This document shows, piece by piece, positions 51,626 through 64,000 of a stretch of DNA of 64,000 nucleotides. Made by a program: the position numbers and the translations under genes. Each line of letters starts with the position of its first letter. The first letter of the stretch is position 1. The notes under the pieces are model-generated. The model ran no database searches. It saw only the letters and a list, made by a program, of their open reading frames with translations, and had not been told where the DNA came from. Source of the stretch: Octopus sinensis (Eukaryota). Location: the NCBI RefSeq assembly GCF_006345805.1, contig NC_043006.1:58280001-58344000 (forward strand), written 5' to 3'.

Positions 51626-54589
51626 ACAATAGCCTTCAATTCAACCTGCATACACTACACCATCATATTTATGCACTATATGATCACTACCTTACATAAG
51701 AGATAAACCCTAAGTAGGGGTGGGGATGGCATAAAGCCTTTAGAAGTGTTTATAGGAGACAACCAAAGGATGACAGATGACATGAACATCCGATACAGCT
51801 GGAGGGGGTGGGAGGGCAGGCGTACTGCGAACTAGCAAATTTAGACGAGAGCATCTTCTGGATACATATTCTTTTGGCGGAGGTATTAAAAATCCAGTAG
51901 GGGAATCTGAGTGGGTGCGCTTGTTTATATAGGGTGCGGGTGGTGTGGAGGAAGTCTTGGCAAAGCAAGTGGTAATTGAAAGAAAGAGGCAGACAGACAG
52001 ACAGTGAGGCTGAGAGAGAGAGAGGGGATGCCAGAGTTAGGGTGGTCAGAACATGAGGGAGAAAAATATTCTTTTGGGATTTGGGTAGCATAATTTAATG
52101 AAACAGCAAATATCGATAATAGTAAAATAGAATTGAAAAATCTTAGAGTTTTCAGTCAGCCAATCTATGACAAAATTTGAGAAATAAGTGACTGTGTGAT
52201 AAACTTGAATAACTGAATATGTGGCGGTTAAGGATACGCGTGAACTGAGGTTATCTTAAGGCAGCAACGAGGAAGACGAAACTATTGAAACTATATTTAC
52301 ATGTTTACATAGTAATGAAATAGACAGAATAATGAAAGGAACTAATAAGGGGTTTATGACAATGCATAAATTTTATTATAATTACTATGGTCATAATTTT
52401 TTTCTTACATATTTGTATTGTCCTTTGAAACATGCATATGTATTGATTCATATTTTGTATCAAATCTAATTTTGATTCAACATCTGTTTCTCCTCCATTT
52501 CTCTATAGTTGTTTATGGTATATTTATACCTATTATGCATATATATATATATATATATATATATGTAGAAGAAGACACTTGCTTAAGATGCTTAGCAGTG
52601 GGACTGAACCCAAAACCATATGGATGGGAAGCAAGTTTCTTAACCACACAGCCACACTTGCATCTATAACCATACCTGAAACCATATCTATAAGCAACAA
52701 TACAGCGTAATTTGTAAGTTCTGAAGAGTGACATAAATACATATTTTCCTTTTTCATATTTGCAATTATTGTGTGTATTTTAGGCATAACATGATGATGA
52801 CGACAAGGATAAAAATAATGATGATCGGGGAGGAGGAGGAGGAGGGAGAAGAAGAAGAAGAAGAAGAAGAAGAAAACATCAGCAATGTAGCAGAGAGCTT
52901 CTGCTTTGTTCTTCGTTTGCCAATATGAGATTGGTGTCAGAGTAACATTTGTGTTTCAGAAGGTAGTAAAACCAAATTATCTCAGGTTTAGAACATAATA
53001 ATATTCTTCGCCATGAACAGAAAGATTTGCAACATCTTTTTGAAGATGGAATTAGTCTGACACTTCCTAAACAGCTATTGGCAACACATTTCCATAATTT
53101 GAAGCTGTAATTTGTCATATATTTTCTCTCACAGATGTTGTTGATTTTCAGATGAAAATAAACGTGGAAAAAAAAACTAAAAACAACTGATAGATTTTTT
53201 TTTTTTTTTTTGAAAATGGTTGCAAGAGGTCATCAAGCATTTACAAACGAAAATGGTAATATTTTGTAGATCAGGATTAGGTTTTTGGTTAAGTACTCTA
53301 TTAGGAATCAACACAAGCTGACTGATAATATAGAGAACAAATACTAACAATATTATTTATTTGATAATTTTTGAATTCTTCTGCTGTTTTTTTTTTTTTT
53401 ATTCTTTCTTCTATTGGGTATTGAGAAAAATATTTCTTTCCCAAAATCAATTTTGTGTTTATTGCTCCACCAACCACCATCTGAAACTGCAACATCTTAT
53501 TTTTGTATCACTTCCCATGCGTCCAGAGCTCAAATTCCCCCCCCCACCCCACCTCATAAAAGTGCAGGCATGATTGTGTAGTTAAGAAGTTCACTCCCTA
53601 ACCACATAGTTTCAGGTTCAATACCACTATGCAGTTCCATGGGCAAGTGTTTTTGACTACATCTACAGACTGATCAAAGTCTTGTGAGTAGATTTCATAA
53701 ATGTAAACTGTAAGAAGCCCATTGAAAATATATCAATGCATTATGTACATGAGTGTGCATACGCAAATGTGTGGAGATTTGCGTCTCTAATCTTGACATC
53801 ATTTGGTAGTTGCAAAACAAGCATCACTATTACACAAGCATCCTTTGTTTCCAATCTTCCATACAGACATGTTCAATCATGGAGAAATATTACCCGGCTT
53901 GGAAAACAGGTGAGGGTTTGCAACAGGAAGGGCACCCACCCAGTCATAGAAAATTTGTCTCAGCACATTCAATCTGGCCAATGCAAGTATGGTTAAATGA
54001 ATCTTAAAACAATGATAATGATGACGACAACTACAATGACAAAGACGATGATGATGATGGTAAAATACAAGTGACTGGACTAATTGTTAGTGAAAATTGC
54101 CTTAATCCAGTTTAATAGTGCTGTCTGAACTGAAATAAGATGGAAGTTTAAACCACCCAAGACACACAGATCTTACTACTTAATAATGCTTTTGTTGACA
54201 CAACAGGTACGTAAATAATATTCACTGAACACAACATACCACCAATTCCATTTTTACTTTCTCCCCCACCCTCTATGTTTATTTATTTATTTTGCCGGTA
54301 GTACCTTTGTCTGTCCCTTTCTTTGCTACCCCTTTTCTTTTGAATGCAATTTCATTATCTACAATGAATATACAAAAACAAAGGTTGTTTGCATAGGCAG
54401 TAAAGCAGGTAGTAATATAATGATGGCTAATTATAACAGTTAACAGTGTATTAATGGTTAAAACAAAAACACAAATGCACAGTATTGTTTTAGTTGATAC
54501 AGATTTACAAGCACAAACCTAAGACAGAAGGAAAAAAAAAAGAAGACAACCAGTCCTCCCATAAGACTTGAAGCATATACCTATTGTTG

Positions 54590-55350
54590 CAAGCATTTAC
54601 ATTTTCATATATATCATCAACATCATCATTTAATATCTGTTTCCATGTTGGCATGGGCTGGACGGATTGGCAAGAGCTGGCAAGGCTGTTCTGGCCTGAT
54701 TTCTACTGCTGGATGCCATCCCTAACACCAATCACTTTACAGGGTATACTAACAGCTTTTTACATGGTACTAGCACTAGTGCTTCTTGCATGATGCCAGC
54801 ACCAGTGCTTTTTACGTGATACTAGCACTGGTATCAATTATAGTGTGGTGGGCGGATCTTCTTGAATACAGCAAGGCACTAGATGTCTCGGTCCTTTATC
54901 ATCTTTTTTATAAGGCTCAATGTCTTGGGGCCTGTTTTTGGTACTTTGCCCCATGTCTTCCTGGGTTTCCCTTTTCCAAAAATTCCAATCACTTTAAGTG
55001 ATTGTTACTTCTGTATACAATTGTCCACATCCATACACATCACATTAGGAAACTAGCACAACCTTCCCTCTTGCACACTATTTCTCTTATGCCTAACCTC
55101 TCAACTTCTCTCTCAATACACTAACACACTGTAACACATGTACATTGACATTGCATATCCAGTGGAGCATACTAGCTTCACTCTTCCCTAGCCTTTGCTT
55201 CTCTTCAGCATTCATGGCCCATGTCTCACTACTATGTAGAATTCTGTTTGGATATATTCATTCACAATTTTCTTTTCACTCAGAGGGAGACCTTTGGTTA
55301 TTAATGGAAGTAAAAGGTCTCTGAATTTTCTCTATCCTATTCTTATTCTA
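54590..55350 (-). mobile_element. Old RTE LINE 3' end with tail
   Basis: Degenerate homology to 25200-25750 (GKPRKTW-like), followed on the minus strand by the ggatgccatccctaac and (gat)n tail. Confidence 0.7.
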
Positions 55351-55354
55351 GCAA

Positions 55355-55392
<38 letters not shown>

Positions 55393-56767
55393 TTTGAGGG
55401 AATATAAATCCAAACTTTCAGGAAAAAAATTCAATTTAGAAATTCTAAATCAAATTTCACACAATGTAATGTATATATATAAAAAATTAGAAAAAAAACA
55501 CCTTTTATCAATTCAAAATGAACAATTAAATTACACCATCTAGAAAATTACATACAATAGAAATACTAAAATTAAAATAACAATAAAATATCAACGATTA
55601 AGTAAATTGCAAAAAAAATAATAAAAATGTATATAATGGTATATATAAATATATATTTATTTGTACCTGTATGCATATGTATCTGTAGTATCATCCCTTT
55701 ATGCCCATTTTCCATACTGACAAGCATGTATGTGCCTGAGTGCATGCACATGTGTACACACACATACACAGAAAGAGAGATTCTAAAAGGTAAGTTGGCA
55801 GAAATGGTAAATTAGCAGAAAAATAAACACCTCTCTATATTTCTTCACATCTCTCTACATTTTGAGTCCAAATTTATCTCAAATATACTGGGTTAGTTAA
55901 AGTCACTAAACCCTTCCCTAAATTCATAGTCTAGTGCCTCTATATTCAAAATATTATTAACTGTATGATTTGAATAATTAGCTATATCCATTTACATTTT
56001 ATGTTCAAATCCCACCAAAGTTTATTATACTTTTTATCAGTTCACGGATAAATTTGTAACAGAAATGAATAGGGTTTGAGTTACTTAACCATGTAATTGA
56101 TAATCACCAGCAGTAGCAGAATTTTAACATCCACTTTTCAGGTTTGCATGGATCAGGTAAAATTTGTTGAGGCAGATTCTCTACAAGTAGAAGCCCATTG
56201 TGACATCAGACTTCACCTATTTTCAAGTAAGATATTCAATATTTCCCTTTGCCAAAAGGTAGAATGGAAATTACTGACACTGCTTGTATGAGAGTGATGC
56301 TCACTTTTGACAGTCATACATTATCAAGACAAGAAACGCAAACACACACACACAAACTCCTTAACCACACAGCCATGCCTGCACCACGTCTTCAAAAATG
56401 TGTTGCTCAATGCCAATGTGACAAGTCTATATTACCTTTTTTAGTCTATATTTTTATATCATAAGAGCCGTGTTAAATATAATTTCTTCCCTGCAACTGT
56501 GTGTAATCGTACTTTAATAAAGGTGGCGGGAGATATCTACTCTTTGTTCAGAGACACAATGAAGAAAATATACACATTCAAACATATAAAAAAATATAAC
56601 ATCAAAGATGATGATGACGATGATGATGATGACAATGATGATGGCGATGATGATGAATCATAAAAGATTTTGCACAACAAACATTGAGGCTTCCAGCTTT
56701 TCATCATGAGACTTCAAAAGTAAATCAAAGAGCTTGCAGTTGTCATGGAATGTAAAAACAGCTTCAC

Positions 56768-56853
56768 CCTGCAGCTTTGACTATTGTACCAAGAAGATAT
56801 AGACTCATAAAATGTGTATGAGGATTAATAATAGACCTTGATTGAGAAAGAAT
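56768..56853 (-). CDS. Weak candidate exon (ILSQSRSIINPHTHFMSLYLLGTIVKAA)
   Basis: Acceptor tttttttcaaag|ATT and donor GG|gtgaag. Short, and the phase does not link directly to the next candidate. Confidence 0.3.
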
Positions 56854-58074
56854 CTTTGAAAAAAAAGAAGTCTAATTGTTAACTTGTATATGAGCTTAGT
56901 TTTAAGCAGATGCGATCAACAGTGAGTTAAAATAGAGGAGTTACTAGATTATTAAAAGGTTTATGTTCAAATTCACAGCAAACATATAAAACCAAGCCTA
57001 CATTCAACTGATTTCACTGAAGTCATTCACCGACATACACAAACCTCTGGTTCATAGATATGCTGTGTCCTCATTCAGCTTCTATTACTACTATAGCAGC
57101 CTCTGCTCTTCAGAGCTGTCTGGTTTTACACTCAAACAACCTAAACTCAGACTCAATAGACTCACTCATATCTCTCCTTATCATCCAGTGTCCACTACTC
57201 TAAGCCCCATATAGAAAAATCCTTTTCCCAGTTTTTCCTTCTCAGAACATCATCGCCCCTTGACATTCTCTCCCTGCCCATGTTTTTTCTTTGATTTGTA
57301 GTTGTTCACAGCAAACATTAACCATATTAGACTCACTTGTTTTGGAGTGTCTGCAAAGAAAATGGACATACTAGTCCTCATAACCAAACATAAGCAGTAA
57401 GAGGCTTACTTACCAACCACATGGTTCCAGGCTCAGTCCTACTGAGTGACACCTTGGGCAAGTATCTTCCACTATAGCCTCAGGCCAACCAAAGCCTTGT
57501 GAGTGGATTTGGTAGACGGAAACTGAAAGATGGCCGTCATACATATATATGTACATGTTTGTGTTTGTTCCCCCTACTATCACTTGACTACCAATGTTGG
57601 CACGTTTACATCTCCATAACTTAGCAGTTCAGCAAATCTTCAAGGAATGTTACTAAAATCAGTCTGTCATTCCATCAAAAGTACACCTCAGTCTCTCATC
57701 CACTCATAATTTGCGTCCAAGAGCATCATTAGTGACAGGTTTCCATTCGCAGTACTTCTAACAGCAACAGTTAAAAGAAGCATCTGCATAACTCCATCCA
57801 AAACAAATATCACAAGAGACTATTTAAATAGCATTGGCTATTCAATATTTCCAACAATTTTTACATCATTTAGTAATATATATTACACACTCATACACAC
57901 GTCCGTGTGTGTGTGTATCATCATCATCATTTAACGTCCGTTTTCCATGCTAGCATGGGTTGGATGGTTCGACTGGGGTCTGGGAAGCCAGGAGGTTGCA
58001 CCAGGCTCCAGTCTGATCTGGCAGTGTTTCTACAGTTGGATGCCCTTCCTAACACCAACCACTCCGTGAGTGTA

Positions 58075-58417
58075 AAGGGTAAAGACCCCCTTCGGTCATG
58101 AATGACCATGGGATTGCACCTAGAAAGATACCCTCCTAGACACAAGTCCGGGCAAGGTTGCTTATGGAAGGCCAGCAGTCGCCCATGCATACCAGCCTCC
58201 CCTCTCCACCCCACCAGTGTTATCCAAGGGAAAGACAAAGGTCGATACAGCTTGACACCAGTGACGTCGCAACTCATTTCTACAGCTGAGTGAACTGGAG
58301 CAACGTGAAATAAAGTGCCTTGCTCGAGAACACAACACGCAGCCCTGTCCGGGATTCGAGCTCACAACCTCACAATCGTAAGCTCGACGCTATAACCACT
58401 GAGCCATGCGCCTTCAC
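58075..58417 (-). mobile_element. tRNA-head SINE (family 4) nested in an RTE tail element (57920-58585)
   Basis: Head gaaggcgcatggctcagtggttatagcg...gagctcgaatcccgg. TSD tgagtgta / tgggtgta (1 mismatch). Confidence 0.85.
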
Positions 58418-59189
58418 TGGGTGTATTGGGTGCTTTTACATGCCACTGGCACAGGGGCCAGAAGAGGCTGTCAATGGCCACGATCGGTTTGAGCTTTTTA
58501 AGTGCCACCGGCACGGAAGCCAATCAAGGCGGCGCTGGCATCGGCCACTTTCAGATGGTGCTTTTTACATGCCACCAGCACAGATATCTATACACACACA
58601 CACACATACATAATAAACATAAACATACACACACACACACACACACAATACCTCTGCAGTATTTCCATTCTTCCAAATCCCATTCACAAGGCTATAGCAG
58701 AAGATATTTGCTGAAGGGGCCAAACAAGCAATGAGATCAACCTCAGAGCCACATGGTTGCAAAGTAAAATTCTTAACCACACAGCTATTCCTGTATCCTT
58801 AAAAACAATGAAACCAGAGCTCCACTGCATCCCTTAGGTCATCTTTCAACACCCAATTTCAACAACATGAAATATTTCCACACACCTCACCAAAAGAAGG
58901 TAGTTATCATGATATTGAAGAGGAGTGTATTAAGAAAGAGAAGTCTAAGAAAAATATCATCTTAATCCAAAGATAACAATGCTAGACAGTGTAATAGAAT
59001 GAGATAGAAAAAGTACAGAGATTTGAAGCTGACCATATGGTAATAAACAAAACATTTAACAACTTTATATCTATTTATGAGAAAGAAGCTTAGAACAAGT
59101 GTAGTGGAATGCCTGAAGTGAAATTGGAAGAGGTGTATTGAGGTTAAAGAATGTTAGACGCTATGAGGGATAAAATAATTTACTCTTGA

Positions 59190-59408
59190 TAAAGGTTATT
59201 CAAAATACATATATCTATATATATACACACACACACACGCATATATATATATTGATATACACACACACAGATACATATACACATACACACACATATACAC
59301 AGATATGCATACACACAAATATAGATAAACATATACATACATACATACATAGATATATACAGGCACACACACACAGATACATATATATACATACACATAT
59401 CCGTATAG

Positions 59409-59467
<59 letters not shown>

Positions 59468-59475
59468 CATACATG

Positions 59476-59513
<38 letters not shown>

Positions 59514-59602
59514 CATTCATACATATATATATACATACATACATTCATACATACATATATATATACATACATTCATACATATATATGCATACATTCATAT
59601 AA

Positions 59603-59643
<41 letters not shown>

Positions 59644-59672
59644 CATTCATATAAATACATACATTCATATAA

Positions 59673-59710
<38 letters not shown>
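59190..59710. repeat. Long compound TA/CA/TACA microsatellite, resuming at 60178-60450
   Basis: Read directly from the sequence. Confidence 0.95.
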
Positions 59711-59807
59711 ATTAGTCAATTTAGGGTAGCAAAAAAAATTCAATAGAAATTTATCGCTACCAGCGGCCTGGTGGAAAAGAGAAAATAGTCATCGACTAAA
59801 TATATAA

Positions 59808-60180
59808 ATATAACAATTTAGGAGTGACCCCAACAGGTCACTCGTCCACCAGAAAGAGCAGCCATAACTCACACCGCCAAGTAGTAGTAATTCAGAAATT
59901 AGGTGAAAATTTAAAAACATTTACCCTAATTCATCTTTTAGACGTTGCAACGTTTCTGTGTCATTAATGATTAAATTAGCTTAATTAAATTAATTTAATT
60001 TAATTAAGCTAATTTAATCATTAATGACACAGAAACGTTGCAACGTCTAAAAGATGAATTAGGGTAAATGTTTTTAAATTTTCACCTAATTTCTGAATTA
60101 CTACTACTTGGCGGTGTGAGTTATGGCTGCTCTTTCTGGTGGACGAGTGACCTGTTGGGGTCACTCCTAAATTGTTATAT
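59808..60180. repeat. Perfect 186-bp-arm palindrome (centre 59994) of Penelope-like terminal sequence
   Basis: Paired coordinates sum to 119988 with a 1-nt centre; contains gaaACGTTGCAACGTc. Confidence 0.92.
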
Positions 60181-60284
60181 ATATATATATATATATATAC
60201 ATACATACATACATTCATACATATATATACATACATTCATATAAATACATACATTCATACATATATATACTTACATTCATATAA

Positions 60285-60319
<35 letters not shown>

Positions 60320-60332
60320 CACACATACATAG

Positions 60333-60363
<31 letters not shown>

Positions 60364-60546
60364 TATATATATACACACACATTACATATATATATATACA
60401 CACACAGATACACACATGTACATATACAAATACACATACACATACACACACAATCCCACTCATGCTAGCATGAGAGGCAGACATTAAATGATGATGATGA
60501 CACAGACATATACATCCATTCGCTCACACACACATATACATCAATT

Positions 60547-60582
<36 letters not shown>

Positions 60583-60856
60583 CACAGAACATAGAAATTG
60601 CTAGAGATCTATCTGTACACTGTCTGCATTAAATAAATAAGTGCAGTAATAAAGTATGTTGGTGTGTGGTTATGTGTGAGCCTCTGAGTGTTTGGATAAT
60701 TTATGGGTATGGTTGTGTGTTTAAGAAGTCTACATTGCAACCATGTAGTTTCGGCTTCAGTCCCATGGAATGGCACATTGGGCAAATGTCTTCTACCATC
60801 ACCTCAGGCAAACCAATGCTTTGTGAATGGAATTGGTAGACAGAAGCTGTACAAAA

Positions 60857-61270
60857 GGCGGTGAGCTGGCAGAAGCGTTAGCACACAGGGCAAAATGCTT
60901 AGCGATATTTCGTCTGCTGATACGCTCTGAGTTCAAATTCCACCAAGGTCGACTTTGCCTTTCATCCTTTCGGGGTTGATTAAATAAGTACCAGTTACGC
61001 ACTGGGGTCAATATAATCGACTTAATCCATTTGTCTGTCCTAATTTGTCCTCTCTGTGTTTAGCCCCTTGTGGGTAGTGAAGAAATAGGTATGTCGTCTG
61101 CCGCTATGTTCTAAGTTCAAATTCCGCCGAATCAACTATTCCTTTCATCCTTTCAGGGTCTATAAATTAAGTACCAGTTACACACTGGGGTCGATGTAAT
61201 CGACTTAATTCCTTTGTATGTCCTTGTTTGTCCCCTCTATGTTAAGCCCCTTGTGAGCAGTAAAGAAATA
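60857..61270 (+). mobile_element. Family-2 SINE dimer (full copy plus 5'-truncated copy) inside a family-1 SINE; reverse copy at 62178-62410
   Basis: One TSD pair, agaagctgta(c/g)aaaa at 60842-60856 and 61271-61285, surrounds both units. Confidence 0.85.
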
Positions 61271-62563
61271 AGAAGCTGTAGAAAAGCCCATCATTATGTC
61301 AGCAGATAGATAGATAGATAGATAGATAAACCAATAGACAGACATAACTCTGTGTGTGTGTGCGCGCACGCAAATGTTGGCATACTACAGTTTCACCTTC
61401 AGAATGAACTGATACAATGCTTTACACCCCTTGCCAACATAACCACCAGTCACTGGGCACTATCAAAGACCAGTGAAATAAAAAAAATATCTCTTATCTA
61501 AAAAACAGATGGGGGTATGCAACAGGAAAGGCATCCAGCTATTAAATACTGCCTCAAACAACTCCTCATCCAACTCATTCTAGCATGGAAAATGGGCATT
61601 AAACAAACCGAGGAATTATGTAACATATCATCCATCTTTTCATCGCCCAATTTTTTACCGGTCCCCAGGCCTCACCTACCTCAAAGCAAGGTGCTATTTC
61701 CCAGTAGCCAGACCCATTCTCATGGAAGGCCAGAGGCAAAGTGATATTCATTTATAACTCTCCTGTGGTGTCAAGAGAGAGAGACAAGTGCATGCACAAA
61801 CACACACACATTTATATCAACATCATTTTGATGTCTGCTTTTCTATGTTTGCAGGAGTCAGACAGAAGGTACAGAGTTAGATTTTTCACAGCTAGACACT
61901 CCTTCTGCCACCAAACCTCACTTATTTCCAAGCAAGGTAAAATTACCCCATGGCTTGGCATGCTTCTGCAGAATATTGGAAATGAATGACACTGCTTGTA
62001 TGACAATGACACTCATATGCAAATACCACATGATATAAAGACAAGGATACAAACACACATACATACATGTGTGTGTATATAGTACATGTATGTATGTATG
62101 TATCTATCTATCTATCTAGCTATCTATCTGTCTGTCTGTCTATCTATACAACAGGTCTTTCTCTTTTTCTCAGTTTCCTATTTCTTTACTGCCCACAAGG
62201 GGCTACACACTGAGGGGACAAACAAGGACAGACAAACTGATTAAGTCGATCATATCGACCCCAGTGTGTAACTGGTACTTATTTAATTGACCCTGAAAGG
62301 ATGAAAAGCAAAGTCGACCTCGGCAGAATTTGAACTAAGAATGTAGCAACACACAAATTATCACTAAGCATTTCGCCCGGGGTGCTAACATTTCTACCAG
62401 CTCGCCGCCTTCACTCAACCAAATTCACTCACAAGGCTTTGGTCAGCCCAGGGACATAGTAAAAGACATTTGCCCAAGGTAACATGAAGTAGGACTGAAC
62501 CCAGAACCATGTGATTGGGAAGCAAACTTTTTTAACATACAGCCATGCATGTGTATGTGTGTA

Positions 62564-62597
<34 letters not shown>

Positions 62598-63064
62598 ATG
62601 TTCAATTAATAAACATAAGTAAAAGTATTGGTTTTTGGAGTTTCTTACCAGATGAATGATCAATCAAGTAACAAAATGTTTGATTGGTTACTGTTGAGAT
62701 TTAGGGTTCTCATAAGTAGAACTAGCCAGAGTTTGCTACATCTGGCCAGCAACCTTTCCACTGATTATTCTTCAGTTACCTGTAAGATTTTTACCTTTGA
62801 AAAAAAATAACTCTGACTAGTGAGAGAGTGAATCATCAACTTCGAATTGAATATGTAGGAGGGGGGAGTGCATGAGTGGGGCGGGCATTCATATGTTTAT
62901 GGGTCTGTGAGTATATATCTATGCATTTCTGTGTGTGTGCCTGTGTGTGTGTGTGTGTGTGTGCATATGTAGGTGGGTTGGTGTATTTGTGTGTATGTAG
63001 GTTTGTGCATATGTGTTGGTTTGTACATTGTGTATATGAGTGTGTATTTGTGTGTGTGTTGTTT

Positions 63065-63350
63065 GTTCCTTCTCGAGCCGTGCCTGGCTCATAAGGGCTG
63101 GTTTCCCGGTTTCTTGGCGTATAGGTTCCCTACCTGGACAGGACGCCAGTCCGTCGCAGGTGAGCTGCAAGATGCAGGAGGAAAGAGTGAGAGAAAGTTG
63201 TGGCGAAAGAGTCAGCAGAAGTTTGCCATTACCTTCTGTCGGAGCCGTGTGAAGCTTAGGTGTTTTTGCTCATAAACACACACATCGCCTGGTCTAAGAT
63301 TCGAACCCACGATCCCTCGACCGCTCTAACCACTAGGCCATGTGCCTCCA
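63065..63350 (-). mobile_element. tRNA-head SINE with family-3 head and V-SINE-like body
   Basis: Head as at 38568; body cacctgcgacggactggcgtcctgtccagg. Confidence 0.7.
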
Positions 63351-64000
63351 TGTGTGTGTGTGTGTGTATGTGAGTGGGATGATGCATTTGTGTTTGTTGA
63401 TTCTTACATTGTATGTGTGTGTGCAATGGTGTGGAGGTTGGTGCATTTGTGTGTATATAGGCTCTTGCATGTATGTGTTGGTTAGTGCATTGTGTGTGTA
63501 TGTGCGCGCACACACACACACTTGTACTTACAGATCAACTCAGGCTTCATTTTAAGACTTAAAAATAGTCAGAAAACAGCTCAATGCAGAGATGCTGTAA
63601 TAGATAATTGAAGCACCAAGATATTTATGTTACTAATTAGTTATCAATAGTACTTTATTTACTAATTATATTAATTAAACTAGCATATGGGTTCAACAGA
63701 GTTCAGCATGTCTGGCAGTTACACAACCATATTTATACCTCTCATTGTAAACATTCTGTAGGTGGAGGTGAGAAGCAAAGAAGATTATTATTATTATTAT
63801 TAATATTCTGTTACCAAGATGATATAACTAACAAGTTCTGAAGGCGGGGGGGGGGGTAAGAATGGAGATTAGGTCAGAAGACAGACAGGAACTGTCGTTG
63901 AAGTGGTTCTGGTTGTTTAGCCCTAAATCAGCTCTGATCAGGCAGACCTACTGCCAAAGGCATTCCAACTGTTGCATTTTCATAAAGATAGGCGCAGGAG

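Noticed and set aside
52879-53118. 79-aa minus-strand ORF
   Set aside because: Weak acceptor, no donor and no motif similarity.
58360-58417. tRNA genes at SINE heads (also 42444, 38568, 60857)
   Set aside because: A and B boxes are present but no full cloverleaf, and each continues into a SINE body.
62640-62790. Exon-like segment with donor ctg|gtaaga; plus-strand ORF 62628-62810
   Set aside because: All frames from the obvious acceptors contain stops, and there are no recognisable motifs.

Overview
AT-rich, repeat-dense eukaryotic DNA. The SINE/LINE families and microsatellites resemble coleoid cephalopod (Octopus) sequence, recognised from memory and not by search. One multi-exon gene runs on the minus strand across most of the window. 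I support exons from about 46.7 kb down to 1.67 kb, plus a weak candidate at 56.8 kb, and the gene continues beyond coordinate 1. The translation resembles the AAA6/C-terminal part of a divergent dynein heavy chain (DNHD1-like), with moderate confidence. Introns contain tRNA-head SINEs, RTE LINE fragments and (GAT)n-tailed 3' ends, CR1/L2 and RTE-X pieces, Tc1, mariner, maT and piggyBac relics, TTAA-flanked MITEs, Penelope-like fragments and long microsatellites. The main oddities are: (1) two adjacent in-frame TGA codons just after a textbook splice acceptor in a small exon (8142-8205); (2) a nearly perfect 1,766-bp inverted duplication inside an intron; (3) short hammerhead-ribozyme-like and fold-back Penelope-type elements embedded in (TA)n. 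There is no CRISPR array, rRNA or intact tRNA gene. Most ORFs in the supplied track are microsatellite or TE noise.
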